From NCBI GenBank assembly GCA_010015805.1, contig ML978128.1, forward strand, positions 186,001 to 250,000: DNA of 64,000 bases, given 5' to 3'. Positions 33,342-45,700 of the stretch are shown one piece after another. A model generated the notes under the pieces. It was not told the origin of the DNA. It saw only the letters and a list, made by a program, of their open reading frames with translations, and searched no databases. The stretch is from Rhizodiscina lignyota. Taxonomy: Eukaryota. Both the position numbers and the translations under genes were made by a program. The first letter of the stretch is position 1. Each line of letters starts with the position of its first letter.

Positions 33342-36300
33342 ATGAAGAGACACCGAGGAGGAGAGACGGAGACTGCCGCAGGCTCATCTGAGCTCAGTAA
33401 GGAGCAAGGTAATTCATGTTCAAACTCCCTTCCCTTGGTTGTCAAATATTTTTGGTCCGTTCCACTGACGCCGGGCCCCAGCCACATCGCCCGAAACGAG
33501 GTTGCGGAGGTCAAAGCTTGAGCGTGATACAAGCAACCCGCCAAAATCGTCGCGACTGCAACCATCCACGCCATTGCACATGATGACCCGGGGTGCTCGA
33601 GCAGCTACAAATTCAACAGCAAATTCGGTTACTAGTGAAAGTCGCCGTAGCTCCTTTGCAGATGCTCCCAATCTCTCAATTGTCGCAAATGGGGCCGACG
33701 AAGACGACGAAGAAGAGGAAGACACCCGGCCTGCGAAACGTACGCGTCGATTATTGAATTCGAACGCATCTTCAACTAGCAATGGCGACGACAAGCCTAC
33801 TGCGCACGAGACCAATGGAGTCGATGTTCTAGACACCAGCAGTCTGGACTCCAATCGAGCCCCTCGGAGTCTAAGGAAAAACGCGGACATTGCCAACTCC
33901 ATCGAACTTGCCGTCAAAGAGCCCAACGCCCCAGCTGAAGAAGTTTCCAAACTACAGGAAGATGTCGCCGATGCACCACCTGCAAAGAGACGCGCGCCGC
34001 CTCCCAAGCGTGGCAGAGGTAGAAAACCGAAAAATCTCCAAGTCGACACCCCCGCAGAGTCCACAGATATTGGATCCGCAGTAGCTTCTCCTCTTTTGCC
34101 ACCAGAAAATGGAGGCTCTGGAGAAGGTGTGCGAAATGAGCAACTCGGAGATAAGCCCACGAAACGGATGCCTGGACGTAGAAGAGCGACCCATCCTATC
34201 CATAGCGTTGAAGCTGATCTTCGTCGTCAACTGGACCTGAAGGTGGCTTACAGGCAAGTCGCGAAAATGCAAAAGCAGGCCCTTGACGAGCTTGCCAAGC
34301 GATCCCTGAACGAACTCAAGAACGATCCTGAAGCCCACAAGAAGAGCAAACACTATCAGACTGTAAAAAAGGGACTCGACGACGCCCTTGCTCGCCGACT
34401 ACAGCAGCTGAACAGCGAGTACGAGCACAGGAAGGCAAACGTCGAACGATCTCGCGCAGGAGAGACCGAGGTTATAGAGCAAAAGACGAGGTCGCTGCTC
34501 CAAGATCATTTCGAAGAGTTCATTCTCAATATCAAGTCGAAAACGCTCCAAGTGATGAGGGCTGCACGTAAGGATGGAGATGCCGATGTTACTGAAGATG
34601 AAGACGGCCCGGTCGCAACTTTCCGCGCTCCAGCCATTCTGCATCTCAAAAACTCGGATCATCCTGAGGACAGGAAGAAATACTGGGCACACGACTCTCG
34701 CAGCAGGCGGCCCATGCTAATTGAGAAGGCTTGGCGTGAGGAAGAGTTCCGGATGGAATTCTCCCGGAAACGCAAGCGATTCATTGAACAGGATGATGAG
34801 ATCGACGAGGAGGAAGTGAACAACATAGATGGATTCGCGACATACGATCCAGAGACACGGAGGTCGGCGGACGAATTCAAGCGTCGTCAAGCAGCCCTTG
34901 ATGCAGTTGATCTAGCATCTGAGCAGCTCCACAGGGAGCAGCGTGAGATGGAAATTGAGCGTAACAAGGACCCCGAGAGGTTGAAGAGCCTGGCCGACGC
35001 TGCAGATTTGCAGCGACCAGCAACGCCACCTCCGGCCAAGAGGGTGCGTCGCACTCCAAGATCAGCAAAGGCAGCTAACTCCAAGAGCGCGTCGACCGAG
35101 AACGCTGCAGTGTCTATCAACGACGGATCGCCTGCTCCTCCACCTTCTACACTGAGGCGATCAAGGCGTACTTCCGTTTCACAGACACGTGAAAGCTCCC
35201 CAGCAACTTTGAAGCAAGTCACGCCTCAGCAAAACAGAGTAGAACGTTCAGAAACACCAAAGACTTCTACCAGCAAGATTCAGGATCTTCTCAACCAAGA
35301 ACCTCCCACCCAACTTCCATCCATCGCGGAAACCATGCTCGATCCCACAGCTGATGCACCTAATCAGTCAACTGAAGAATCTGCAGCACCTAGCGTTGAA
35401 CCCTCCATCGCTGGCCCTGCTCCACAGCAGCATAACGTTGGTCTTGATCTTCCATCTGTCACCCAAATCATGCAGCAGGAAAATAGCGCAATTGATCGAG
35501 CTCCTCTCGAAGCGGATCGGACCCCGACGGCAGAAGAAATGATAAAGAACGAGTCTGCACCCAGCATGGGGCGTAAGGCCGGAGCTGGCGCTTTCTGGTC
35601 GCGTGTTGGTAAGGTCTCTCGTGATAACACAGTTGAGAAGGAGTATCGTTTTCGAGAACCATCCACATCCAATTCTTACGCTTCAGATCGGCGCGCTTCA
35701 GACAGCACTCCTTCTACGGCTCTTTCTCCTCGAACCTCGGCTCCTATGCATATCCACGATTCGGCATCCGGACCTCGTAACACGCAGAGCGCCGTCGAAT
35801 CGAGTAGTGAGGCTACAGGCCACAATCACTCGCCAACCGCTCATCATAATCGTGTGGCTAGTATGGGCCACAAGTCTCGGCCTTCCTGGGAAGGTGGTGA
35901 GGCGGCTCGTAGGGCCAGCATTGCTGTGCCACATCAGTTCTCATCTCAGGATCGCCGCAGCCAGCGCCCATCATTGGACCAGAACCTTTACACTCCAGTT
36001 CATACACAGCAGGCGCCGCCGCCTCGCCAGAGTCGTGCACCAAACGACCGTCCTTATGAGAGAGCTCCTCTCTCAGATCAAGGCCCTAAATACTCAGGCC
36101 CACCTGGGCCTCCAACCCCAGCGCAGGCCACTTACGGCGCATACCCATCACCCTATGGCCCTCCGGGCCCATCACCTTATCCGCCAAATGCATACGGCCA
36201 ACCTCCACCAGGCTACTTGCCAATTCCGCACAATGGCCCTCCCCAAGGACCTCATCCAATCCCTCCGCCGCACATGATGCCCCATCCCGATCACGGATAT

Positions 36301-36672
36301 CCACCTTACCATGGGTCGCCATTCGCAGCGCCTCAGTATCCGCCTCCGCACGCATCATACCAGGGCCCTCCACCAGGCCCTCATCCACCTCCCTATCAGC
36401 AATTCGGTCAGCCCATTCTTCCAGCAAGCTCACCCACCGCAGCAGGCCCATATCCTGCACCTCCATCAGCGCCGCAACACGGCCACTCACAATCGTACTC
36501 CGAGCACCAGGCTCCCCCACCGGCTCCGACCGAATCATATCAGCAAGGCTATCAAGTGGGTAGTGCAGAGCAGGCCAGACCCGAGAAGAGGAAGAACCCA
36601 GGCCACGGCGAATTCTTCGGTCGAGCAGGCCCTTTCAGGCACTACGATGGCGCGAAGAAGCAGCGTCGCTAA
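33342..36672 (+). CDS. Large, mostly disordered nuclear protein with a central coiled coil and a Pro/Tyr/Gln-rich C-terminus
   Basis: Exon 33342-33408, intron 33409-33481, then a >1000-aa frame; NLS/AT-hook-like KRGRGRKPK. Confidence 0.8.
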
Positions 36673-37634
36673 ACTGGATCAGTACCAATAACAACCGGAG
36701 TACCGGAACACCCAGTTGTACACTAGTTGGAAAGGATCACTCTACTACAAGATTGTTTTCTGCTTTTTGGAAAGTTTTGCTTTGGGATCGATCCCCTTGT
36801 CCTTTCACTGCATTCAGCGGGGTGTAATATTCTGCATGGCAACGGCATTTCAAGTTCTTTTGCTTTCGAATGGTCTTTTGTTTTGTGTTACTAGAGCTCC
36901 GCAGTCTCGGTGCAGGCATGGCCTGGGGAGACTGCCATGAACGAGGTCGTGTGCGAAGCATCTGTTCTCGGACAGTCGAGGCGCCACACCAAGTGATGGG
37001 TCTGTCGAACCAAGTCATGCTTCCATTGAGGCTTGAGCTATGCCGCGTGTAGACTATCGGAGGATGGGGACATGGCTGGAGAGGACGACTTTGATTGAAG
37101 CAGTGCATGAGGCGTCTCTCAGACGTCGCTGCCGCAGAGAGAAAAGATTGGCCCACAGGCTGCTAACCTGATTCTCGAAGTCTGCCTCAGGCAGTGCTTG
37201 TGCTTCTCACAGTCATACGGAGGCTTCTCACAATCGTACGAAGCTTCTCAGATAGAAAATTCCAGTCATCTTACTGTTACCTGAGGCTGATCCATGCAGT
37301 GGAAGCGCAAAGAGTCACATCGTGCAGGATGAATCATGTTGAGCCAATGCCCCACGCAAAAAATAATCGAAAACACCCCCTGCGCCACCTACTAGCCTCG
37401 ACCCTCACCAGGGCGGGGAGCTGCAGTTGCCGAAGACGTCAGATTATTTCGCAGTTCAAATATCGGCCAGGAACATCTCTTTGTGCTCAATTCTTCCTGT
37501 CAAACACCAGCTCATCGTTTTTGTGAGTACAAAGTCGCTCGCTTCCACTGACAGAGCATACCTACCTTCTTTCACCCCACTACCACACCTAGCAAACGAG
37601 CAAGCAAGTTTCCGATAGTAATCACCTCGCAATC

Positions 37635-38563
37635 ATGGCGGTCCGCGCGCAATTCGAGAACTCGAACGAGTCCGTATATCCTCCACCGTGAATCGCCAGC
37701 TCCAGCTAACAATGTGTTCGTAGAGTCGGTGTCTTCTCAACCCTTACAAACTCCTATGCCCTTGTTGCTGTGGGCGCATCGGAGAATTTCTACAGGTACG
37801 GCTTCCACGAGCTTGGAGGGGTGGTCAAGACGACCGGCTAATTCGAAGCTCGAGCACAGCATCTTCGAGGCCGAGTTGCAAGATGTGATACCCATCTGCC
37901 ACGCGACCATCGCGGGGACGAGGATTGTGGGCAGGCTAACAGCTGGGTATGTCCACATCCCACTTCGAGCTTCACAGCTCTCGTCGAGCCGTCGCTGATG
38001 ACATGTAATTGCACAGTAACCGAAAAGGCCTCCTTGTCCCAACGTCGACGACCGACCAAGAGCTCCAGCACCTGCGCAACTCGATCCCCGACACCGTCAA
38101 GATCCAGCGCATCGAGGAGCGCCTCTCCGCGTTGGGCAACGTCATCTGCACAAACGACCATGTCGCGCTGGTGCACCCCGACCTCGAGCGCGAGACGGAG
38201 GAGATCATCGCCGACGTGCTGGGCGTCGAAGTCTTCCGGCAGACCATCGCCGACAACGTGCTGGTGGGTAGCTACATGGCGCTGAGCAACCAGGGCGGCA
38301 TCGTGCACCCCAAGACGAGCGTGCAGGACCAGGACGAGCTGAGCAGCTTGCTGCAAGTGCCGCTCGTGGCGGGCAGCGTGAACAGAGGCAGTCCGGTGGT
38401 GGGCGCAGGCATGGTGGTGAACGACTGGATGGCGGTGACGGGGTTGGATACTACGGCGACGGAGCTGAGTGTCGTGGAGAGCGTCTTCAGGCTCGCTGAA
38501 GGATCGGGCCCCGGCGCAATCAATACTACGAATAAGGACACCATGGTGGAGAGCTTCTACTGA
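37635..38563 (+). CDS. TIF6: Eukaryotic translation initiation factor 6
   Basis: [41 protein letters not shown]. Introns 37670-37723, 37796-37859, 37947-38016. Confidence 0.97.
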
Positions 38564-38857
38564 GTGGCGCCGAATGCGTGTTTAGGCTTGGGTGCAGTTC
38601 ACGATAAGCATTAGCATGGCGTTACTCGGGGGAATTGGAGCCCGGATGGGGGCAAAAAAGATTCCTGCTCTATGCAGTAGAAGGTTCTTCTGAATGAATT
38701 CTTATTCGTGACCTCAGTGGGTTCTATTGGGGTATCAATCGTGTGCCTACTCATTCCGATGCTTCTTTAAGCATGGGCATCAGAACTACTCTGAGGAATC
38801 CGTCTCCCCAGTTCTCTGCCGACATTATCACCGCAGAGACCATGTGCAACCTGATGC

Positions 38858-40315
38858 CTACTTCGTCTTCGGCGTCAAATCAGCTCTCCGCGTGAATCTT
38901 GCCTTTCCCTTATCAACATTCCCACCAAATACACTGCCAACAGCCTCACCTCTCACGGGTGTGCCCATTGTGCCCAACAGTCTCTGTGCCGCAGGCGTAA
39001 GATTGCCCACCGCCCTTCTCGGCGTCGCACTCAGAAATTTTGGTGTTGGTGTCTTTCCCTCAGCACCTTGTCCCGCCATCAGTGCCTCCATACGATTGGA
39101 GTTCGCAGCCGCACGCTTCTGCTGTGCAGTCTTTTCGACCATAGCGTGGTGGAGGGCCTCGCGCTTGCTCGACAGGGAGATTTTGAAGGGGTTTGGGGAG
39201 TCGTCTGCTGGTCCTAATAGTGAGAGTAGATCTGTTTCTTCATCTGACTCCGAGTCCGACGATGACTCCTCACCTAGCTCTCTGCGTGTGGGGTTCGGAT
39301 TGACGAGTTCATAGCCATTGTAGCGATCTATCTGGCTCTGATCCCCAGCTTCTGATTCTGTTGGTCGCGGCCGGCCTGCTATTGCATCGTTAATGGCGGA
39401 AAGGGACGGGGAAGGAGGTACCGAAGGCTGCTCTGGCGCCGGAGGGGGTAGGCGCGTGTTGTCATATGCAACGGCTTTCGGAGGAGCGTTCGATGCCGCT
39501 TCGGCGACTTGGGCTTGGGTGGGGTGAGTATCTGCGATGCTCTCGGGATTGAACATGAAGGTGTTTCGTGCCTCTGGACGACGAGTCTCTGGCATTGCTG
39601 GGCGGTCGTCGGGATGGATAGGCCGGCGTATGAGTTGCTTGTCTGAAGACTCGCCATCTTGATTCTCTTTTGAGCCCTCGAGGAGCCTCGCTTCTCGTTC
39701 TCGGTATGCGATCTGCCTTTTTGCCGGGATCTTGTTGCCATTGTATAACCAACTGTATGTCTCTCTTCGCTTCGCGTTCTGCTTGTCCACCAGCGCATAG
39801 AATGATTCGTTGTCCTCTGAAGTGTACTTTGTTTGGAATGCAGACAAGCTCATGTTGACGTTGACCTCTGGTTTATCTTCGGTCTTCTCAGTGCCCGCCT
39901 CAGAGGGTGCGACAGACATTGGAGTATCTCCCACCCAGCCTCTTGGAGTGTCACCAGTCCAACCCTTCGGTGTCTCTCCTCCTCTCTGCACCACAGGCGT
40001 CATTCTCGTTCCTCTCCTGCCTCTTATACGTCGCCCATCCGGTCCTGGAGTCATCGTCTGAGTGAGCTTTGCTCCGGCTTCAGCGATCCATCCCTTGTCT
40101 CTCGATTCGATCGCATCCAGGTACTCTTGCTGCACGTCGCTCTCCAAGAGGCCTGGGAAGAAGTCTCGTTTGATGATATGGGATAGAGCGTCTGTGTAGA
40201 CATCCTCGTCTAGGACAGTAGCTGGTCTCTTTATGCGCTTTGGCGGAGGTGGCGGAGGCATCAACGCTGAATCGACGGAGCGCTTGGTGAGCGTTTGCGA
40301 TGGTTGAGACGCCAT
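38858..40315 (-). CDS. ESS2: Splicing factor ESS-2 / DGCR14 (Es2) homolog
   Basis: VLDEDVYTDALSHIIKRDFFPGL, LSAFQTKYTSEDNESF, LTPAAQRLL. Confidence 0.9.
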   Translation of the reverse strand: MASQPSQTLTKRSVDSALMPPPPPPKRIKRPATVLDEDVYTDALSHIIKRDFFPGLLESDVQQEYLDAIESRDKGWIAEAGAKLTQTMTPGPDGRRIRGRRGTRMTPVVQRGGETPKGWTGDTPRGWVGDTPMSVAPSEAGTEKTEDKPEVNVNMSLSAFQTKYTSEDNESFYALVDKQNAKRRETYSWLYNGNKIPAKRQIAYREREARLLEGSKENQDGESSDKQLIRRPIHPDDRPAMPETRRPEARNTFMFNPESIADTHPTQAQVAEAASNAPPKAVAYDNTRLPPPAPEQPSVPPSPSLSAINDAIAGRPRPTESEAGDQSQIDRYNGYELVNPNPTRRELGEESSSDSESDEETDLLSLLGPADDSPNPFKISLSSKREALHHAMVEKTAQQKRAAANSNRMEALMAGQGAEGKTPTPKFLSATPRRAVGNLTPAAQRLLGTMGTPVRGEAVGSVFGGNVDKGKARFTRRADLTPKTK

Positions 40316-40592
40316 ATTTGGGGCGTGGATGTGCCAGCGGCACAGAATTGGTTAGGCCCGATGCTGGCGGAGGGAGAGGTGTCGGAGATGAAGTGAGGTT
40401 GAAATAGTTCTGCCTAAGAGTTCAAGTGAAGGCCGCCGGTGACGATGAGTGGCACCCCTGTTCTGCCGCTCAACACCGCCTCCAGCCCTACCCGTTGCAT
40501 AGCTCTGCTCTTCCCGCCAATCGCACGTGTCGATGGGTGACTGACATGCAGCTCCAATGGAATAACTAGGAGGCTAATTCAGAAGAGTCATT

Positions 40593-41066
40593 ATGCAAGT
40601 CGCAAGTGACTCTGCTCCACCTGACAGCAACCCGCCTGCGAATGAGACAGTCCTCCCGACGAAAAGGAGACTCGCCAAATCCACGACCGTCCTCCAGTAC
40701 ACACTGCGCAAACCCCAATGGGAATACCTCCACCTCTCCCTCCATCGCTCACCTCCGTTCTCCTCTACAGATGACCCACTCGATGCCCTGACAGCGCGGA
40801 CACACCTGACCAGCTCACTCCAACAGTTCCTCGGCATCACTGGAACAGCAATCCCCATCGATATTCTAAAACTAGAAGGCCATGACGTATGGGTCAGAGT
40901 TCCCCGCGAAGATGCCAGTAGTGTTGTAGTAGCGGTTGGCGGATGGGCAAGTGTCCAGCCTGGTGAGGATGGCGAAAGCGTCACGCTTGGATGGAGAGTG
41001 AAGAGCAGGGATGAATGGCTATCGAGACTTGCAGCAGGAGATGAGATGGACCTATTCAATGGCTGA
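40593..41066 (+). CDS. POP8: RNase P/MRP subunit Pop8-like protein
   Basis: LTSSLQQFLGITGTAIPIDILK...VWVRVPREDA pattern, recognised from fungal Pop8-like proteins. Confidence 0.7.
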   Translation: MQVASDSAPPDSNPPANETVLPTKRRLAKSTTVLQYTLRKPQWEYLHLSLHRSPPFSSTDDPLDALTARTHLTSSLQQFLGITGTAIPIDILKLEGHDVWVRVPREDASSVVVAVGGWASVQPGEDGESVTLGWRVKSRDEWLSRLAAGDEMDLFNG

Positions 41067-41625
41067 GAGCTTCGAGTCGTCCATTTTCAGGATGTCTACA
41101 TTGCATTCTATCATCTCAAACATCTACCGCCATGTTGCCAGGAGGCCGTAAATAGTCGGATACTGACTGCTTAACCTGGCCAATCTGTCGTTGCGGTGCG
41201 CAGCCACACAACCGGACGACATGATCTTGCAGTCGAGATTCAGCAGGTCCTATAAGCAGCGATGGATGGTGCGGGTGAGGGCTAAGAGATGCTACCGTTG
41301 ACCTCATTCTCGCTGATATGAGAAGATTATGCGCTTCCGGCTGCCCTAAAAGGGCTTGCCAGTTATTGCGACGAGACAAATTTAGAACTCAATTAGAAGA
41401 CCGGAGAAAGGCTGATATTACTGTACTGTAGAGGGCAACTGAGATATCCACAGGTTGAAAGACACTTTTCTCATCCAACTCGTTCAAAGCGAAATCTTCG
41501 TGATGCTTGTAATGCAGAGAAGTCGTCGTTTAAAAGCAAAAATATGCGATGGCACTCGCCGGACATTTGAGTAAAATGGCTACAAAAGGGTCAATGGCTA
41601 AAAGTAAAAGAGATATTCAATAGCC

Positions 41626-41642
41626 AAAAAGAACAAAAAAAA
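41626..41642 (-). terminator. RNA polymerase III oligo-T terminator of the 5S gene
   Basis: Minus-strand T tract directly after the 5S 3' end, then GTTC and a second T tract. Confidence 0.8.
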
Positions 41643-41760
41643 ACATACAACAGTGGGAATTCCCATGTAGTCGCCTGCATGGTACTATTCCCCCTCTTTG
41701 GGGCTTGAGTACGGTCGATCGGACGAGAGACCCTATTTTCCCCAAGACATGGTCGTATGT
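41643..41760 (-). rRNA. Dispersed 5S rRNA gene (118 nt, divergent type)
   Basis: Minus strand ACATACGACCAT...CGTCCG...TAGTA...GAAT...CTGTTGTATGT; helices I-V pair; followed by a T-run Pol III terminator. Confidence 0.93.
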
Positions 41761-42157
41761 GATATTCCAGAGTTCCAACACTGAATATAATTCTAAAAAA
41801 AAATTAAGTGTCACGCCAAATTCTGAAAGTGGAGGAGGTCAAGATACCGCCGCAGACTTTTCACCAACGAATATCCTCGAAACCGCATATTGCGGTTCAG
41901 TAATTGTTTGACATTATCATAAATCATTTCAGCGTCTATATGAGAGCACATTGAGTTAATAACTCTCGAATTGAAGAGTACGGCGCAAGACCCGGAAAAG
42001 AACAGCCTCGGAAAACTACATTTCCAGTTGACGGGCTTCTTATTGAAGATGTGTCGATATTCAAAGTTAAATGTCTTATTCCCTCTCTCACCACACTTCT
42101 GCAAAACTCTTAAATAACGATTCAGTAAACCTTCACTTCTACTCTTGCGCTTTCGGT

Positions 42158-42637
42158 ATGTCTACACCGCCATATCAGGTCTTGAAGGCCAACCACACGG
42201 GCCTAACGGTCTCGTCTCTCTCTCAATCCTTGAAATTCTGGCATGACCTTCTCGGATTCCCAATACTCTACCAGCACACTGCCTCTGGGCCTCTCACGTC
42301 TGCTGTTGTCGGTGTGCCCAACGCAGTGATCAACGTTGCGATGCTTGAAGTGCCGGGCGGTCACCACCGCATCGAGCTGGAAGAGTACACCAGCCCATCT
42401 GCAGAAGCAAGGAAGACGTTTCGGTCTGAGAGCTGCGATGTGGGCAATGTGCATGTAGCTCTGGAGGTTAAGGGACTGAACGAAATGTTAGATCGGATGA
42501 AGGATCTAAAGTGGGTGAGTTTGAGCGAGCCGCAATTGGTGACGAAAGGGAGGTATGATGGATGGAGACTGGTCTTCGTGAGAGGGCCGGATGGAGAGAC
42601 GGTGGAATTAATGGAAGTCCCTGCGAGTGCGACATAG
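42158..42637 (+). CDS. VOC/glyoxalase superfamily protein (methylmalonyl-CoA epimerase-like), intronless
   Basis: NHTGLTV, RIELEEY, VHVALEV, GPDGETVELME: H/E/H/E metal ligands of the paired beta-alpha-beta-beta-beta modules. Confidence 0.88.
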   Translation: MSTPPYQVLKANHTGLTVSSLSQSLKFWHDLLGFPILYQHTASGPLTSAVVGVPNAVINVAMLEVPGGHHRIELEEYTSPSAEARKTFRSESCDVGNVHVALEVKGLNEMLDRMKDLKWVSLSEPQLVTKGRYDGWRLVFVRGPDGETVELMEVPASAT

Positions 42638-42728
42638 AAGAATGGGTATTCATATCGCTATCCAACAAGCCACCATTCAAAAGTAAAAACACCACGCCTA
42701 GAAATGCACAAATCCCAAACGACCATCT

Positions 42729-45700
42729 TTAAACGCCCCGAACTTTCCTGTAACTTGGTGGCCTTAGCGTCCTGCCTAACAACTTCCCAGCATAAGGTGG
42801 CACAAGACTTATCGCCATAATAAGAGCGAGTCTCCACCAGAAGCCGCCTTTAATCATGAACTCCAAATCATAGTAATCACGCAAGAACGGCACACTGCCA
42901 AAGTACCCGGCAGCTGTGCCGACAATGCAAAAAATCATCACTGGATGCCAGGTCGTAATCTCCACCGCCACCATGATGATCTCATTGAGGATGAGCGCGG
43001 TGTATGACACTGCGACCATGCGCTTGAATGAATTATCCGTCACGCCGATGAGCAGCTCCGAGAGGCCCTGGATCATGGAGCCCTGGTAGATGGACACGAA
43101 GACCCAAATGAAAAAAGTCTTATAGGACAAGGAACGGCCGGTCGTGAGTTCCTTGTAGAGTTCCGGGTATATGTTAACAAGAGATTCATCGACGTCCCGG
43201 TCCAGCACGAGGGAGAATACGGGCGCCATGGTGTATATCGTGGCGTATCCAACGAGCAGCCAATCTCTGTACAGCGCGATGGGCTCGAACGTCGCGATGC
43301 TGTACATGGCCTGGCAGACGCTGATGATCAGACCACGGTGTATGACGAACTGCGCGAGCTTGGCGGATCGTTTGTAGCTGTTTCGGCCGTGCCATACGAG
43401 TAGTTTCGTCAAATAGCAGAATTGTTCGATTGAAAAGTCTGCCGCAAGACTCGCTTGCCTGCCCTCTTTACCAACAATGCCGACGCCTACGTCCGCCGCC
43501 TGTATCATGCTCACGTCGTTGCCCCCATCGCCAATGCAAGCAACGCGCTTCTTGGTGTGCGCACGGATGAGTTTCGCAACATCTGCTTTCTGTGTGGGGC
43601 TGCAGCGGCATGCTATAACAGCAGGGAGGCGCACGGCGAGGGAGATGAAAGTTTCGCGATAGTGGGTGAGCATGAGGGAGAGGGATTCACCGTCGATGAG
43701 GAGGGCGGCGGAAGGGTTGGAGCGGAGAAAGTCGAGGGAGGAGTTGGCGAGGTCTTTGCGTTTCACTATCAATAAAGTCAGCAGATGCCATGGTATCGGT
43801 GTGTTAGAAACTCACTCTTAGCTATTGTATGGACGAACTGCCCCCTCGATACAAGCTTTGAGGAGACCGCTACACAGCGGGCGGTCTCGACTTTGTCTCC
43901 TGTGAGCATCCAAATCTTGATGCCAGCGTTCCGCAGCAGTTCAAGACTAGGCTTGACATCCTTCTGCAATTTATCCTCAACACCGGTAACACCAAGAAGC
44001 TCGAGGTCACGCTCAAGGAATTGCGTAACGATCTCGGCCATTGCAGCATCCCGCCCTTGTAATGCAAGGTTCGCCTGTGCGTACCGGTTGGAGAAGTCAT
44101 CAAACTGCTGTCCGGAAAGCCGTCTTCTCCCCACGACCAGAGTTCGCAGACCTTCACGTGCCATGTTAGCAGTTTCTTCCTCGAGCCAGTCGTTCGCGGC
44201 AACAATAGAAGACATGACAGTATCTGCTCCTTTCTGGAAGAACCATATTTCCCGGTCGTCATCACTTCCATTGCTACTCTCAAACTGCACAATGATTCCC
44301 ATACGCTTGCCTTCAGACGTGAAAGGAAACACCGTGAGAATTTTTACGCGGACAACAGTGCGGCCAGTGTGGACAGATTGTAGCGTCATGGACATCCGGT
44401 CACGACGAAGCAAGCGAAGGCCAACTAGCTCAGTCCACTTGACGATAGCGATTTCATCTGGAGAGGATGCTTGGTAAGTCGTCACCGACTCTCCATCAAT
44501 CTCTTCTGCAGTTGGCGTAACATTGTGACAGAGTGCAAGAGCGAGGACGAGATCACGAACACGTGCTCCAATCTCTCGTCTCGTTCGTGTGGCAGATGTC
44601 GACGGTGCGACGTAGGCTGATGATGGAGTCACGAGAGTCTGTTCATCGGGGGTCGCAAAAGCTTGGCGAGTATAGGTTGAAACTTCTTCCATCGCTTCGT
44701 TGGCGTAAGAAACAGTACCGACGTGGACTTTCTTCAGCTCCATTTCTATTGCAAGTTAGCAACATATTTCAATTTGATATAATACACATACCGTTTTGGG
44801 TGAGCGTTCCAGTCTTGTCACTCAAAAGGTATTCAATCCTTCCAAGATCCTCGGGGATTGTGCTGGTCCTGACGATGGTGCCGGGAATGTCTTTGTCATG
44901 TTGGATGTAGAACGCATAGACCGTCTTGCCCATGTCGAGATTAACTCGCAAACTGACAGGAACGATGGTGGAGAAAAGAATGAGGTATCGCATAACTGAG
45001 ATATACCACGTTCTTCCGTCATGTATTTCGAAGCCCTCGAGGGCGACAAGAATGAAGGACAGAGTCAAAACAAGGACGCAAAGAATTTTGATCAATGAAT
45101 TGATCTCGTATTCCAAAAGTCCAGTCTTTGATCGAGCTTGAGAAGTGGACAGGGCTTGGCGAGTTTGTGATCCGGTATAAATGACGACGGCATATACTGT
45201 TGAGCTGGAAGCTAGAACGGTGTTGGCCCAGGCAGTATTGTCGATTGATAGGGGTGCCGACTTTGATGTATCTATGCCACTATCCTCCGGCGTGCCTGTT
45301 GCAGTGCCATCTGCATCCTTCGGAAGGAGCTCAACCGTCCCAATAAACTCGTTGACCTTTCTGTCCGGCTTTCCAGCAACGATGCGAAGTCTTGGGAATT
45401 CTCTCACGTCAAGGGTCTGTGTCAATGGCGTAGCAAGACGAAGTTTCCAGTCCGTCTCACCATCAAGCTGGTCTGTCTTGATGAATGCTTCTCCTGCACC
45501 ATTGGTCTCCGCGGCTATCTCTTCTTCAGCTGGTCCATCATCGGCTTCGACAAGGGATTCGAGATTCTCATGCTCCTCTTTAATGGCTGCTTTATCTCCC
45601 GCGAACTCTTTGGATGTGCTCTGCAGGACAATGACATCGGCGGGGACTCGTCTGTCCTTTCCCAGTTTCAGAACGTCTCCAACCTTAAGTTCAGAAGACC

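Noticed and set aside
36901..36943. Hairpin GCAGTCTC...CAGGC/GCCTG...GAGACTGC downstream of the large nuclear-protein gene
   Set aside because: A single hairpin without H/ACA or C/D boxes; compatible with chance 3' UTR structure.
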